A stretch of DNA of 64,000 bases from positions 62,001 through 126,000 of the forward strand of contig MCFE01000074.1 in NCBI GenBank assembly GCA_002104905.1, read 5' to 3'. The notes beneath the pieces were generated by a model, which was given only the letters and a program-made list of their open reading frames with translations, did not search any database and was not told the DNA's origin. Position numbers and translations under genes: made by a program. Below are positions 61,781 through 64,000 of this stretch, one piece after another (the first letter of the stretch is position 1; each line of letters starts with the position of its first letter). Source of the DNA: Basidiobolus meristosporus CBS 931.73 (Eukaryota; Fungi; Basidiobolomycota).

Positions 61781-64000
61781 ATAACTACCAAGTGTGGAAA
61801 GTGAAGATGAAGATGCTGCTACAAGAAAGAGGTTGTTGGGATATTGTCATGGGAGAAGAAGGCTCTCCTAAAAATGAGGGAGAGGAAGCCCTAAAGTACC
61901 ATTAATTCCTCTTTTGTTAATATCAGAGACAAGTTGCTCATTCAATGCCCAAGAGCAAAAACAGCAAAGAATGCCTGGAAGGCATTAGAAGACACATACT
62001 GGTCATGCTCAGCTGCCAAGAAAATGTGACTTAGGCAAAAAATTCTAACCACAAAGATGCTGCCAGGAGAAGAAAGAAAATCTAATCAACAGAGTTACCC
62101 CGCTGGTTGATGTGATGGAATCTGTGGGAGTACCAGCCACTGATGAAGATGTAATAGTAATTTTCCTGAATAATCTGACAGAAAAGCTTCAGGGCCTTGT
62201 ATCAGCCCTAGAGTCCAGAACTAAATATTTGACCTCAAATTAAATATATGGTAGGCTCCTGGATGGAGAATTACAAATATCATGCCCCAGCACAAAGGAA
62301 GGGGAAAATGCATTGGTAAGCAATGATTACCAACAAAGAAGATATCCAGGACCGTTTAAAGGCAGTACCAATTTGTTTTGCAACTACTACAAAAGGAGAG
62401 GACACACATCAGACCAGTGCTTCAAAAAGAGAAACAGTCAGCAGAAAATGCCTGAATATGGAAATGCTGCAACAACTGAACATATACTACTCATATCTGC
62501 ACTAAATATGACCACATACAAGGAATCTCAGGCATAGTATATTGACTCTGGAGCATCTCAACACTTTACATACCAAATAGGACTTTTTACCTAATATCAA
62601 GAAATTTCAATAAAGAAGGTTTTCATGGGTGACAATAGAACACTTGATGCAGTGTGAGAAGAAACTATCCAAGTAAAACTTAGAAGCAGTGCGGGAAGCC
62701 ATACACTGACCTTTAAATGAGTACTCTATGTACCAGAAATAGCCAAGAACCTACTATCTGTAAGCAAGGCCACAGCAGAAGGACTCAGTTTCAGTTTTGA
62801 CAATTCTGGATGCAGGATCACTGATCAAATGGTGCCCATATTGCTCTGGGCATCAGAGATCAGAATTTATGCAAGTTGACTTATATTCTACCATATCTGG
62901 AAGCCAACATAAGTAACTTAAATGAAGAAACACCAATACTTTGGCACAGGAGATATGGGCTCATCAATTTTGACTATTTGCACAAATGATGAAAGATTGG
63001 CTAATTTCTGGAGTAAAAACTGATCCCCCAGCTATTTTGCAGCACTGTGAAGTCTGCATATATGGGAAAAAAGCCAGACAACCATTCAAGAGCTCTGGGT
63101 TAATCAAAATTGGAAAAAATCAGATTTAATTTACTCAGATCTGTGTTAACCTATGCAAAATTTGTCCTCAGGTGGGATGAAGTATTTAATCACTTTTATT
63201 AATGATTATACAAGAAACGCATGGGTCTACTACATAGAGAGAAAGGAAGTAGCACTGTTTAAGCCCAGGGAGTTTGAAGCTGTGGCGTATAGAGAAACTG
63301 GTGAAAAGATCAAGAAAATACGCTCTGACAATGGTGGAGAATATCCCTCAAAACACTTCATCCACTCCTGCAAAATTCATGGGATAAAGCAAGAGACCAC
63401 TGTACCATACTTCCCACAGCAAAATGGAGTAGCCATACATGCAAGCAGATTAATAATGCATATGTCAAGATCTATGATCCATGATCAAAAATTATCCTAT
63501 GATTTTTGACCAGAATCAGTTGCCACAGCTGTATACCTTAAGAATAGCAGTTATAGCAAAATACTTTGTGATTCTAAACCATTTGAAGCATGGTATGGGT
63601 ACAGACTAAGTGCAGAACATCTAAGAATATTTGGGTGTACAGTGTATGCCAAGAAACTGCCTGGATATCAGCCAAAATTTGAGCCATAAAGTGTAAAATG
63701 ATTATTTTTGGGCTACTGCCATGAGGGTAAAGCATACAGACTCTACAATACCAATGTAAAGAAGGTAATCAAGCTCAGGGATGTGTTGTTTGATGAAAAT
63801 TCAAAATTTTCACAAAAAATGCCATCAGATGATGACAAATTCTGATCACATGCCCACTAATTGGCAGGATTGAGTCAGAGCAAAACATCAGAATTTTTCA
63901 CTCCAGAGAACTCTACAACTGTGGTTTAGTCTGAATCAGTGCTTGGGAATATCCCAGAAGTGATAATTCCAGTATCTTATGCCCAGAGATCCCACTGGAC
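61781..64000 (+). mobile_element. Copia family A copy A5 internal region (gag to integrase), running off the window
   Basis: Collinear with A4 from NYQVWKVKM onward; lacks the PBS and the first codons of gag. Confidence 0.88.

Noticed and set aside
1-64000. Host protein-coding genes or an env-like third ORF in the LTR elements
   Set aside because: Every ORF over about 130 aa maps to a transposon region, and the LTR elements have no space between pol and the PPT.

Overview
Eukaryotic, AT-rich, strongly CpG-depleted DNA made almost entirely of nested transposable elements. I could support no host gene, tRNA/rRNA gene or CRISPR array. A fungal host is a low-confidence guess from element types and primer-binding sites. 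Contents: (i) several Ty1/copia copies in at least three families (A, B, E), with tRNA-iMet anticodon-arm PBS GGTTATGAGCCC in A and B and a GGCTATGAG variant in E; (ii) two Ty3/gypsy families: a decayed chromodomain-bearing element (2249-9040) with an apparent Tf1-type self-priming site, and an intact, very recent element (23582-28519; apparently identical LTRs, one 1377-aa gag-pol ORF); (iii) solo or partial LTRs of two further families; (iv) three copies of a PIF/Harbinger-superfamily DNA transposon (AGACTTGTTC TIRs, 3-bp ANT target, DDE transposase plus a divergent unknown ORF) and two ~735-bp fold-back MITEs with the same TIRs; (v) at least seven fragments of an EnSpm/CACTA (Tnp2) family with CCCTATGA termini and a divergent unknown ORF; (vi) an unexplained ~1.1-kb insert with G-tract repeats. 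The most interesting items are the ANT-targeting transposon/MITE system, the self-priming chromovirus, the gag start codon inside the copia PBS and the two uncharacterised accessory ORFs. All coordinates and mismatch counts were read by eye.
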